A stretch of DNA of 64,000 bases from a virus. Its lineage: Duplodnaviria > Caudoviricetes. The stretch lies in the IMG/VR virus record IMGVR_UViG_3300034127_000032, positions 2,587 to 66,586 of that record; one strand, 5' to 3'. Of this stretch, positions 25,220 to 33,936 are shown one piece after another. Under the pieces are notes generated by a model that saw nothing but the letters and a program-made list of their open reading frames with translations, searched no databases and had not been told where the DNA came from. The stretch's first letter is position 1, and every line of letters begins with the position of its first letter. The position numbers and the translations under genes are program-made.

Positions 25220-25381
25220 ATGAATCCTTATATAGGCGATCGACCACTCGATCCGCCGGATGAGTATGAGTGCCCAGATTGCTTTAGCGTGTTTAGCTCT
25301 AACGCAAAGTTGCTTGAGCATACGCAACGTTGTCCGGAAAATATTGATGCAAACCTTGAAGAGGAAGAGTTAAATGACTGA
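25220..25381 (+). CDS. 53 aa C2HC zinc-finger microprotein (not in ORF track)
   Basis: YECPDCFSVFSSNAKLLEHTQRC; GAGGAG RBS; ATGACTGA overlap with the next gene. Confidence 0.7.
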   Translation: MNPYIGDRPLDPPDEYECPDCFSVFSSNAKLLEHTQRCPENIDANLEEEELND

Positions 25382-25820
25382 CAAAGTACTGAAATATGAA
25401 GAACTAGCCAGTTCGGCTCGATGCCTTGCTGGCTCAACTGGAACTGCAAATTGGAACGCTGCGAATGCGGTCTTTCAAATAACTTGTACACCCTACAAGA
25501 TCATGGAAATAACCGAAGACTTCGACTGTGTAACCGCCGAGCGTGACGCCCTTCAAGCGCAGTTGGCAGCGCGTGAGTCAGAGCTTGAAGAATTTTCGGT
25601 AGAAATGACGCTTGCGATCAGCGATTCGCAAATTCGGTCGGCCATGACTGTTGTCGGTAGATCGCGGTTTCTACAGCTTTTGCAAGCGTACAACGCGCGT
25701 ATCGACGCCGCACTCAAGCCAGCAGAGGCGCCAACTCATAACGCCAAGCCAACTTGTCACTGGGCTTGTACTGGTTGCGATATTTGCGGGAGCGCCGGTC
25801 ATGGCAACAGCTGGTTTTAA
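25374..25820 (+). CDS. Hypothetical protein with coiled coil
   Basis: AERDALQAQLA...IDAALKP, a style common in Pseudomonas phage accessory genes. Confidence 0.6.
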   Translation: MTDKVLKYEELASSARCLAGSTGTANWNAANAVFQITCTPYKIMEITEDFDCVTAERDALQAQLAARESELEEFSVEMTLAISDSQIRSAMTVVGRSRFLQLLQAYNARIDAALKPAEAPTHNAKPTCHWACTGCDICGSAGHGNSWF

Positions 25821-25880
25821 AGCCCAACTCCCCGCCTACTGTTGGTGCCTGCTGGCACAACTGATTTGCTGAGGTGTTTT

Positions 25881-26108
25881 ATGAGTAAGCGCAAGATAGC
25901 ACCCGAACGAGTCTACGACCCCGAGGAGGGCGGCACTCACTACGTGGCGGACGGCCATAGCGGCAATGCCACGCTGTGCGGCCAAACCGATTGGCTGTGC
26001 CAGAAAGAACTGGGGCGCCCGACCGATGGGCTCGTGGACTGCACGTCGTGCCTCGCCATAGTGGCGTTCGTTGAATCACATAACTTCAAAGGGACGGCCA
26101 AGCCATGA
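25881..26108 (+). CDS. Hypothetical Cys/His protein in a GC-rich islet
   Basis: GAGGTG RBS; TLCG...VDCTSC. Confidence 0.65.
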   Translation: MSKRKIAPERVYDPEEGGTHYVADGHSGNATLCGQTDWLCQKELGRPTDGLVDCTSCLAIVAFVESHNFKGTAKP

Positions 26109-26473
26109 CCACCAACCAAACGATTGACGGCGTGCCGCGTGCTGACCTTGAGCTATTCCTTGTCTACGGAACCTTGACCGAAGAATCCAGAGCGGCTGGG
26201 GACCAGCTGCGCGCTCTGCTGGATGCGCCTGCTGATACGCGAAACGAGACTGTACCAAAACACAAGTTCGACACACTGGTACAGCACTGCAAGCGCCTCG
26301 ACGGTGAGATCGCCCAGGCGCGTGCTCACGTCAATGAAATCACTTTGTACCAGCAGAACGCTGTGTGGTTCTGGCAACACGACGGCCAGGACTTCCTAGA
26401 AAGCCTGAGTTGCCCAATTATCATTCAGCCGCACCATCTGCGCGAGTTGCTGAAAGGCCTCAACAACAAATAA
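26105..26473 (+). CDS. Hypothetical protein
   Basis: MTTNQTIDGVPR...LRALLDAPA N-terminus, recalled as typical of Pseudomonas prophages. Confidence 0.65.
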   Translation: MTTNQTIDGVPRADLELFLVYGTLTEESRAAGDQLRALLDAPADTRNETVPKHKFDTLVQHCKRLDGEIAQARAHVNEITLYQQNAVWFWQHDGQDFLESLSCPIIIQPHHLRELLKGLNNK

Positions 26474-26650
26474 CCATTATTTTCAAGGAATTACTGTGGC
26501 TAAAGATCGTGCGCTAGACATTATGATTGAGCATCAACGCGGTTTGCTTTTACGGTTTGTTCAAGGAACACCACAATGGCATGCCGTAAACAATAGTCTT
26601 GCCTCAATGACGCTTGAGTGGCGTAAAACTAACACTTTAAGGGCCGCCAA

Positions 26651-27088
26651 ATGAACGACCAAGAATTTGATTATCTAAGTGCAGAACTAGCAATGGCACA
26701 AAGCCAAGGCGCCACCAGCTTTTTGGTAAATGCCAAAGACATGCAGGCTCTGCTCCACACCGCTCGGCTTTGGCGAGCCACTGTGGGTAAACCAAAGCTT
26801 TGCGGCTTTATGTCGAGCGACGAAATACGTAGTCTTTGTGACGGCAATTTGCCCTCTACGCGGGTTGTGCGTAAGGCAACTGACCATCGCTGTACGCCTG
26901 TTTATTTCATTGAGCTGGAAGGCGAAGACTTAAGAACAGCTGAAGAAAAAGTGCGCGCTAACCGCAAGGAAAAGCGTAAAGCTGAAGCTAAGCGACTTGC
27001 AGACAAAGGTATTGTTGTACACAAACCAAAGAATGAGTTACAATTAAGCCTTGAACTACTTGGAGAGCTTAATTGTGAAAGAGATTAA
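26651..27088 (+). CDS. Hypothetical protein
   Basis: ORF in operon, basic C-terminus. Confidence 0.6.
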   Translation: MNDQEFDYLSAELAMAQSQGATSFLVNAKDMQALLHTARLWRATVGKPKLCGFMSSDEIRSLCDGNLPSTRVVRKATDHRCTPVYFIELEGEDLRTAEEKVRANRKEKRKAEAKRLADKGIVVHKPKNELQLSLELLGELNCERD

Positions 27089-27242
27089 AAATGACCCAAA
27101 TGGTTGGGTTGCCTACATCGATAGCGTTAAGCTGGCCGTAGGGCGCGAGCTTACTCAAAAAGAAGTAAGCGACACAATGACCAAAGGTTACATCCTTTCC
27201 AAACCGGCAGAAGACTTTGCCAAGACGCTAAAGGCAGACTAA
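27075..27242 (+). CDS. Hypothetical protein
   Basis: GTG start with GGAG RBS. Confidence 0.55.
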   Translation: MKEIKNDPNGWVAYIDSVKLAVGRELTQKEVSDTMTKGYILSKPAEDFAKTLKAD

Positions 27243-28330
27243 TGAAAACCTACCAGTTACCAATGACCCGCGATTACGTCCGCCATTGGGATTTGAAGAA
27301 AGCTGTTCAAGAGCTTCTTCAAAACGCCATTGACTCAAGCGCGCCCTTTGAACACGAGTTCTACGAATGTGGCGGCGGCATGACTGGGCTGGCTATTCGC
27401 TCGCGTGGCGTTGAACTACCGTCTTCGTCGCTTTTGCTGGGCTCAACTTCCAAAGCAGAAAACGATAATGCCATTGGTAGCTTTGGTGAAGGCTATAAAA
27501 TTGCGTTGCTTGTATTGACACGGCTTAATAAGCACCCAGTTGTTCTAAACAATGGTGTAGAGTGGTCAACTTCTTTTGAGCAGTCAGAAGCCTTTGGCGC
27601 TGAAGTGTTGACTATTGAAGAGCACTCCGACAAAAACTCAGAAGGTGAAGGGCTTGCTTTTCACATTGAGTACTTGTCAGAAGAAGATGTGGCCGCTATT
27701 GCTAGCTCTTGCTTGCAAATGCAAAATGACAACGACATTGGCAAAATCATCAAATGCCCACAGGGCGATATCCTGCTGGACAAGCCGGGGCAGTTGTTTG
27801 TCAACGGGCTGTATGTCTGTGAAACCAAACACCGTTATGGCTACAGTATCAAGCCAGCGTTTCTCAAGCTGGAACGCGATCGTCAGACGGTCAGTAGCTT
27901 TGACCTTTCTTGGGTTACCAAGGAAATGTGGTTTTCTACCAAAGAAAACAAACTCATGGCACAAATGATTGCTGACGGTGTTCCCGACATGGAGTACGCA
28001 AACTACGGCGCGCCGGAAAAAGTTAAAGATGCGTGCGTTGAGCATTTTACTACAGTTAACCCGCCGGATACGCAGATTGCGCGGTCGCCTGAAGAAGCCC
28101 GCGACCTCAAAGCAGCTGGTGCAACCAACCCAGTTTATCAAAACCCTACCTATCATGCGTGCGTAACTGCTGCGCCAAGCTACTCTCCGCCTAAAAAAGT
28201 GGTAGATATTCATACACCAAGCGCCATTATCAAGCGCTGGTACGAAGAAAATAAAAAGTATATGCCCCGTTTGCCTCAAGTGGCGCTCAAGAAAATTATC
28301 TCTGACAGCGAGAAATGGGCCAAGAAATAA
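27242..28330 (+). CDS. GHKL (Hsp90/MutL/MORC-like) ATPase domain protein
   Basis: ELLQNAID N-box; LLLGSTSK...IGSFGEGYKIALL G-boxes. Confidence 0.8.
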   Translation: MKTYQLPMTRDYVRHWDLKKAVQELLQNAIDSSAPFEHEFYECGGGMTGLAIRSRGVELPSSSLLLGSTSKAENDNAIGSFGEGYKIALLVLTRLNKHPVVLNNGVEWSTSFEQSEAFGAEVLTIEEHSDKNSEGEGLAFHIEYLSEEDVAAIASSCLQMQNDNDIGKIIKCPQGDILLDKPGQLFVNGLYVCETKHRYGYSIKPAFLKLERDRQTVSSFDLSWVTKEMWFSTKENKLMAQMIADGVPDMEYANYGAPEKVKDACVEHFTTVNPPDTQIARSPEEARDLKAAGATNPVYQNPTYHACVTAAPSYSPPKKVVDIHTPSAIIKRWYEENKKYMPRLPQVALKKIISDSEKWAKK

Positions 28331-28572
28331 GCCTAATCTCAAGACGCACCTAGCCTGAAACTTCCGTAGCCGAGTTTCAGGCTTTTTCTTATAGGTTAGG
28401 CTAGGCTAAAATAAAGAAGCTGTACGGAGGCTGTAGGAATAAAGGACAAGAGCTGAAGTTAGCCCATATAGCTGGAAATAGTAGCACAACCGCTTAATAT
28501 GCTTTATTTGTATAAATAAGCAGCGGCGTACAGCGTATAATCATCAAACACTAATTAAATGAGTAAACCGCC

Positions 28573-28773
28573 GTGAATCTTCTTGCTTACTGCGCGAGCG
28601 TTAAAAATCCGCCAAAAGGCTACGGGTCTATTGAAGCGGGCTTAACGGTTATGGCCTATCGTTCAGAACGGCTAAAATACTGGGCCAAAGAAATTGGCGA
28701 AGGTCTGTATACTGATGAAGTATTCACCCGCGCGTCGCGTGACGTTATTGCAAAATATGGTGAGCCATTTTGA
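28573..28773 (+). CDS. Hypothetical protein
   Basis: GTG start after an AT-rich promoter region. Confidence 0.5.
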   Translation: MNLLAYCASVKNPPKGYGSIEAGLTVMAYRSERLKYWAKEIGEGLYTDEVFTRASRDVIAKYGEPF

Positions 28774-28997
28774 AAGTTTATTTGGACGAATGGGACAAAG
28801 ATATTGGCCGATGCCTAGAAAAGGCAAGCCGCATGTCTGTGCTCTACAACAGCAAATGCCACCTGGCCAGTTTGCCCTCAAGTCGTTGGCGTCGCCCAGC
28901 ACTGTGGGTATTTGTAGACGGCTTAGTTCCGCCGGGCTATACAGTTGTGGAAACAGTGCATCCACCTTGCATTACTTTACGGAGCAGCAATGTATGA
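28770..28997 (+). CDS. Hypothetical protein
   Basis: 4-bp overlaps with both neighbours. Confidence 0.45.
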   Translation: MKVYLDEWDKDIGRCLEKASRMSVLYNSKCHLASLPSSRWRRPALWVFVDGLVPPGYTVVETVHPPCITLRSSNV

Positions 28998-29269
28998 CAG
29001 TTAAAAAAGGTTTTGTGATCATGACGGTAGCAGGTGAGTTTGTTAACTGCTACAACGTAAGCAAGCATGTCGGTTACGAAAAATGCTACGGTACTTGCGG
29101 GCTTAATCAAGCTTCTGTATTCGACATGCGTGAGCTTAACGCGGCAGTCACTACTGAAGGTAAGCTGTCAACGCTCAAAGTTGACGACGTAGTTCAATCA
29201 GTAGTAATGGTCGAAGCTTACACCACACGCAAAGTTGCGCTTGGCTTGCCACCGGCGGAGGAAGAGTAA
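28994..29269 (+). CDS. Hypothetical protein
   Basis: GGAG RBS before MTVKKG; 3' part of track ORF 28694. Confidence 0.55.
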   Translation: MTVKKGFVIMTVAGEFVNCYNVSKHVGYEKCYGTCGLNQASVFDMRELNAAVTTEGKLSTLKVDDVVQSVVMVEAYTTRKVALGLPPAEEE

Positions 29270-29599
29270 ATGAAAGATAATATCAACACAGTTTTAGCCC
29301 TTTTTGGCGGCGCAATGGCTGTTTACATACTAGCCGTGTTAATAGCAATTTTTGCGAGTAGCTACAGCAAGTGTCAAGCGGCTGAGCGCACTCAAGCTCG
29401 GCCGACCTACGATTACGGCAAATCTCGGTCGTTTGATCAACAAAATTCCGGTAATGCGCACTATCAAGAAAGTCGGCCGGCTAATGGTTATCGCTCAACA
29501 ATTGAGCGTACGCAAAATAGCCGTAGCGTAGAAAGCCAACGCGCGCAACAAAAACAGTTGAATTACGAAAACCGTAATTCCTACCAAAAACAAAAGTAA
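29270..29599 (+). CDS. Membrane-anchored protein with a Gln/Arg/Ser-rich disordered tail
   Basis: N-terminal hydrophobic helix. Confidence 0.6.
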   Translation: MKDNINTVLALFGGAMAVYILAVLIAIFASSYSKCQAAERTQARPTYDYGKSRSFDQQNSGNAHYQESRPANGYRSTIERTQNSRSVESQRAQQKQLNYENRNSYQKQK

Positions 29600-29613
29600 C
29601 TGGAGCAATAAAA

Positions 29614-29997
29614 ATGGAAGAGATTCTTACTCCCGTGATTAACGCGCTTAGCGCAACGCCAAGTCTTGCTGTTTGGGCTCTTGTTGTGGTATATGCCTAC
29701 AAAGCTATTGTTGTTGGCAGTATTTATGGTGTTATCCGCTTCTGCGTGACTCAACTGCGTGTAGTTATGACCACACCAAAGCACACGCTTGAAAAAGTTG
29801 AGATCGAGGCAAAACTCAGAAGCTTAACCATACCCGGTTGTCACGAAGACTTAATAGCACAAATTGATCGTTTGTCCGGCGTTCATACTGGCGTGTCGAC
29901 AGATAAAGCTTATATGAATAAATATATCCATGCGCAAGACGTTAGATGGCTACGCGAAGCAATCGACGCAAAACTTGAAAAGGACGCAAACAAATGA
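29614..29997 (+). CDS. Hypothetical membrane protein
   Basis: GGAG RBS; LAVWALVVVYAYKAIVVGSIYGV. Confidence 0.65.
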   Translation: MEEILTPVINALSATPSLAVWALVVVYAYKAIVVGSIYGVIRFCVTQLRVVMTTPKHTLEKVEIEAKLRSLTIPGCHEDLIAQIDRLSGVHTGVSTDKAYMNKYIHAQDVRWLREAIDAKLEKDANK

Positions 29998-30127
29998 AGT
30001 GGGTAGACCATTTATGCGTTATAATGCTTGCTGGATTCTTAATGTTTGCGCTTGATGACGCACGAGCAATTAAAAATGAACTGCAAGCGCTCAAAGCATC
30101 TTGCCCAGCCACTCAAGGAATTACAAA

Positions 30128-30325
30128 ATGAGCTGGGGTGCGTACGGTGATATGAAGCTTCGCGAAAAGAAACAGCGTGAAGCCTTTTTACTCAACGCCA
30201 AAGACGGCGACAAAGACTGGGATACGGAATGCGAATGCTGTGAGGCTAAGCCCACAGTGCATCCAACAGGCTTATGCGGTCCTTGCTGTTTCGGTGAAGC
30301 TGAAACAATTAACGGAAATTGGTAG
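30128..30325 (+). CDS. Cys-rich conserved phage microprotein
   Basis: DW..ECECC..KPTVHPTGLCGPCCFGEA...GNW. Confidence 0.65.
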   Translation: MSWGAYGDMKLREKKQREAFLLNAKDGDKDWDTECECCEAKPTVHPTGLCGPCCFGEAETINGNW

Positions 30326-30335
30326 GAGTAATAAA

Positions 30336-30956
30336 ATGGTAAAGGCACCAGCGTACGGCACGCCTGAGCGAGCTGAGTGGGATAAGCGGTCAACTGCGTC
30401 TTATAAGGTTCAGGACTGGGCAAAGCAACAACTTGTGGAAATGATTGAAATGGACGATCGTCAAGATCGTCTTAAGCACTTCCATGACGTGCATAACTTC
30501 TTTTTGAATTTGCGCAATACAATCATTGAAGTGCACGAAGGCTGTCACGTTCATTTTTGTACTGAATGTGGTAAGCCAGAAAAAGCTTGCTATATGGAAC
30601 CAACAAGCACTAAACTTAAAAAGAACGGCTTGTGTGTTCATTGCAACTTTTGGGCAGAACACCGGGCGACTTACAACGCTCAGCACCGCAAAGGCGCAAT
30701 GCTGGTAGTAAACGGTGATGGTCGGCAAGACTGCGGCAGTCAGCCAGAAGGCCCGGGCTCCAACAAATCTTTCCTAGGTTTTGGCGGCCACCGGTGGTAT
30801 ATCTATCAGCTGACTACGAGTAAGCTTTGGTCAACCAATAATCTTTGGTCGTTTGGCGATATTCCAAAGCGCTTCAAGTCGGGCATGCCTGACAACGCTG
30901 TACTCCTTACTAAAGAACAATATGAGTTGGCTGTAGCAGGCCGGGGGGAGCAATAA
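30336..30956 (+). CDS. Hypothetical Cys-containing protein
   Basis: AGGAG RBS; CTECG...LCVHCNFW...GFGG. Confidence 0.65.
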   Translation: MVKAPAYGTPERAEWDKRSTASYKVQDWAKQQLVEMIEMDDRQDRLKHFHDVHNFFLNLRNTIIEVHEGCHVHFCTECGKPEKACYMEPTSTKLKKNGLCVHCNFWAEHRATYNAQHRKGAMLVVNGDGRQDCGSQPEGPGSNKSFLGFGGHRWYIYQLTTSKLWSTNNLWSFGDIPKRFKSGMPDNAVLLTKEQYELAVAGRGEQ

Positions 30957-30957
30957 A

Positions 30958-31332
30958 ATGGCAACAGTAATTCGAATTATCAAGTACGAAGGCGATGAAG
31001 CAGCCGTACGTAAAGCTATTCAGTTGTCCAAGCCACTAGGCGTTACTGATTGCGGCAAAGGCGATGGTGGTCATTGGAAAATGACAATTGCCGAGCACTA
31101 TAACGACCTACCCAAACTTGTTGAGCTGACCAAAGAAGAAATTGAACAATCAATGGCGCATGAGCGGCTGACCAAGCTTCTCGGCTACATGTCGTCCAAC
31201 GTCAAAGAAGGCGGCTGGGAGAAAGTTGAAGACGCTGGTGGTATTGCTGGCTGGGTCGGTATTGACGAGGCGTTAAAGTTTATCGATGCTTTGCCAGTCT
31301 GTAACGCCGGCTTGATGGAGAAAGCCAAATGA
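30958..31332 (+). CDS. Hypothetical protein
   Basis: GGAG RBS. Confidence 0.6.
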   Translation: MATVIRIIKYEGDEAAVRKAIQLSKPLGVTDCGKGDGGHWKMTIAEHYNDLPKLVELTKEEIEQSMAHERLTKLLGYMSSNVKEGGWEKVEDAGGIAGWVGIDEALKFIDALPVCNAGLMEKAK

Positions 31333-31598
31333 AAGAGCAATCACCACTTCAAAAAGTTTGTATGCAGTACGGCAAAGACTGCTTTGCCATGGGCAATACT
31401 TGGACGCTAATCCGGTTCCTCAAAGCAAACGACCAGCATGTTACGGCCCTGCAAGTTGAAGCTGCTTTGAGCCGTGCCAAGTCTATTGCCCGTGCCAATT
31501 ACTTTGCTCGGCGTAAAGAGCTTCAGCCGGATTGGAAAGATTGGAAAGAGCAAATGGATGAAGCAATGGCAGAAGTCCAGCCCTGGTCAATCGCCTGA
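31329..31598 (+). CDS. Hypothetical protein
   Basis: GGAG RBS; last gene before a terminator and the late promoter. Confidence 0.6.
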   Translation: MKEQSPLQKVCMQYGKDCFAMGNTWTLIRFLKANDQHVTALQVEAALSRAKSIARANYFARRKELQPDWKDWKEQMDEAMAEVQPWSIA

Positions 31599-31661
31599 CA
31601 CTGTGGGTAACCCTATAAAGGTTTAGCATTGGCTTTACAAAGTCTTGCTAAACCTTTCTCA

Positions 31662-31690
31662 TTTACAAGTCAATCGATTTGCGCTAGACT
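31662..31690 (+). promoter_or_regulatory. sigma70-type promoter of the terminase genes
   Basis: TTTACA-17-TAGACT. Confidence 0.6.
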
Positions 31691-31725
31691 GCCCGTAATC
31701 CCTGCTTATTACTGGCCTGACAAGA

Positions 31726-32082
31726 ATGTCCGACTTAACCCCATCTGACGACAAACACCAGAAGCGCCAAGAAATTCTTGATGAGCTCTGGGCGCTTGTT
31801 GCTGACCCCGAGCACCCTGGGAGTGTAGTAGTAGCAGCCCTTGACAAGATAGCCAAGATCGAAAACGCGTATGCGCCAATCAAAATTGAGTCTAAAAGGA
31901 AATTTGCTAACCTAGCTGACTTTTACGCTAAAGTGGTTGTACCCGCACATGATTTTGCTGCGGATATTAAGTCAGAAGCTGCAGCGTCAACAGTACCCGC
32001 TACTACCTCTACGCAGGTTGTTGACAATGAGCCAGACGAGTTGGACGACAACGAAAACGACCCGGACGACTTTTTCCCATGA
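31726..32082 (+). CDS. Putative terminase small subunit
   Basis: Position (ATGA overlap with TerL), helical, acidic tail; no motif recognised. Confidence 0.5.
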   Translation: MSDLTPSDDKHQKRQEILDELWALVADPEHPGSVVVAALDKIAKIENAYAPIKIESKRKFANLADFYAKVVVPAHDFAADIKSEAAASTVPATTSTQVVDNEPDELDDNENDPDDFFP

Positions 32083-33467
32083 TTCAAATGAACCCCGCGC
32101 TTCAAGACGTTTGGTTTACACCTGCACGATTTAAATTTGTTTATGGTGGTCGCGCGTCTAGTAAGTCGTATGACTTTGCTTCTGCAATTAGCGTTCTAGG
32201 CAGTGAGCTTAAGCTGACTGTTGTAGTGGCTCGGCAGTTTCAGAATTCTATTGCGCAGAGCTGTAAGTCACTTATTGAAAACCGCCTTGAACAAATGGGG
32301 CTAAGTGAACAGTACGACTTTCAGCAGACCACAACCCTGGACCTGGAAACTGGCACGCAGTATTTGTACTACGGTATTGCCCGTAACCTGCAAGAAATTA
32401 AATCGCTTAACGGCGTCAACATCCTCATTATTGAGGAGGCTGGCAAGCTGACAAAAGAACAGTGGCAAACCATTGAACCAACTATTCGTGAGGATTTTTC
32501 TGAAATTTGGGTTATCTGGAACCCTGACTTAGCTACTGACTTTATGTGGTCGATGGTGTTAAACCCACCAGCCAACTCAATAGTTCGTAAGATTAACTAC
32601 GACCAAAACCCGTTCTTGTCTAATACAATGATTGCGTCTATCAAAGATGCCAAGAAGCGGTTGCCACCGGAAGAGTTTGACCATATCTATAAAGGCGTTC
32701 CACGTACTGACGACCAGCTTAGCTTTATCAAACCGTCCTGGCTTCGGGCATGTGTCGATGCGCACATTAAGCTGAATAGGCCGGGAATAGCTCAAGGCGA
32801 AAGGCGCCTAGGCTTTGACATTGCGGATGCTGGTGAAGATACCTCAGCGCTAGCTGACGCTAGCGGAAACTTTTTAAGGTCGATCGAAGAATGGGCGTCT
32901 ACCGAGGACCAGCTTCTTCAGTCTGTACAGTACGCGTATCATAAAGCAGTAGAGGCAAATGCAGTTCTCGTTCCAGACGTAATCGGCATTGGCGCGTCGG
33001 CTATACCAAAAATCAACGAGATGAACGAAGTACGGGAAGCTAAGGGTTTACCCACAGTGGAGCATGAGAAGTTTCATGCTGGCGAGTCAGCTTCCGAATA
33101 TCTCTATGTTGACGAGACCAACTGCGATGAGTACTTCACCAACAAGAAAGCAGAAGCCTGGGGCACGCTAAGCGACAGGGCGCGAAACACTTTTGTGTTG
33201 CTGTCAGCCATCGAGCGCAACCTTCCGCCGGAAGACATGCCGGTCTTTGAGGACGAAGAGCTACTGTCTATCAGTAGCGAAATTGAATGCCTTGAAAAGC
33301 TTTTTATGGAGCTGTCGGCTCCACGCAAAATCATTGATCTTGCTGGCAAAGTGATGTGTGAGAAAAAGGCAGACCTAAAAAAGCGCAATGTGCCATCGCC
33401 TAACTTGGCAGACGCGGCAGTCATTGCGCTGTACCGTAACAACGGAGCTGTTGGCTTCTTTGGTTAA
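32079..33467 (+). CDS. terL: Terminase large subunit (PBSX-like)
   Basis: YGGRASSKS, IIEEAG, IEPTIRE, WVIWNP, GFDIADAGED nuclease motif, SPNLADA. Confidence 0.93.
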   Translation: MIQMNPALQDVWFTPARFKFVYGGRASSKSYDFASAISVLGSELKLTVVVARQFQNSIAQSCKSLIENRLEQMGLSEQYDFQQTTTLDLETGTQYLYYGIARNLQEIKSLNGVNILIIEEAGKLTKEQWQTIEPTIREDFSEIWVIWNPDLATDFMWSMVLNPPANSIVRKINYDQNPFLSNTMIASIKDAKKRLPPEEFDHIYKGVPRTDDQLSFIKPSWLRACVDAHIKLNRPGIAQGERRLGFDIADAGEDTSALADASGNFLRSIEEWASTEDQLLQSVQYAYHKAVEANAVLVPDVIGIGASAIPKINEMNEVREAKGLPTVEHEKFHAGESASEYLYVDETNCDEYFTNKKAEAWGTLSDRARNTFVLLSAIERNLPPEDMPVFEDEELLSISSEIECLEKLFMELSAPRKIIDLAGKVMCEKKADLKKRNVPSPNLADAAVIALYRNNGAVGFFG

Positions 33468-33883
33468 CGTTTGGTTCGAACGTCTGGAAGGCTGAGACTC
33501 ACACCCTCCACCTGTGGGCAATCGTGAGTCCAGCCGCCCTCTTCGCGGAGGCGTGGCTTTCCTTTATCAAGACCCCAGTGCAAACCACCTTTTTGGCAGT
33601 AGCTGCACACAATATGCGTTGGAGTGGCTTTTGGCTCTTCTACTTTCACCGGCGGAATATAAGTTGCTTTACAGTTTATGTGGCGTAGCCGAGTTCGTCC
33701 GTCCATTTGAGTTTGCCAAATAAAGGCTTGCCCCTCTATCATACGCTCAATCATGTCGTCAGCAATATCACCCATTATAGGTCTCCTTAATAAATTCTCG
33801 CGCTCAATATTGTGGCGCATTTGTAGTTCATAAATTCTATCGTCTTCGTCTTTATCTCCGCTAGACTCGTCTGTATACTTCAT
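33464..33883 (-). CDS. Hypothetical protein with zinc ribbon
   Basis: AGGAG RBS; VCSYC...HDC. Confidence 0.6.
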   Translation of the reverse strand: MKYTDESSGDKDEDDRIYELQMRHNIERENLLRRPIMGDIADDMIERMIEGQAFIWQTQMDGRTRLRHINCKATYIPPVKVEEPKATPTHIVCSYCQKGGLHWGLDKGKPRLREEGGWTHDCPQVEGVSLSLPDVRTKR

Positions 33884-33898
33884 AAATTTCTCCTACGA

Positions 33899-33920
33899 CA
33901 AAAGGGCTTGCGCCCTTTTG
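33899..33920. terminator. Rho-independent terminator
   Basis: AAAAGGGC-ttgc-GCCCTTTT. Confidence 0.75.
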
Positions 33921-33936
33921 TTTGCTTTGTGGTTGA

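Noticed and set aside
28694-29269. Single 191 aa gene as given in the track
   Set aside because: It is better explained as two coupled genes (28770..28997 and 28994..29269), with 4-bp overlaps and an RBS before 28994.
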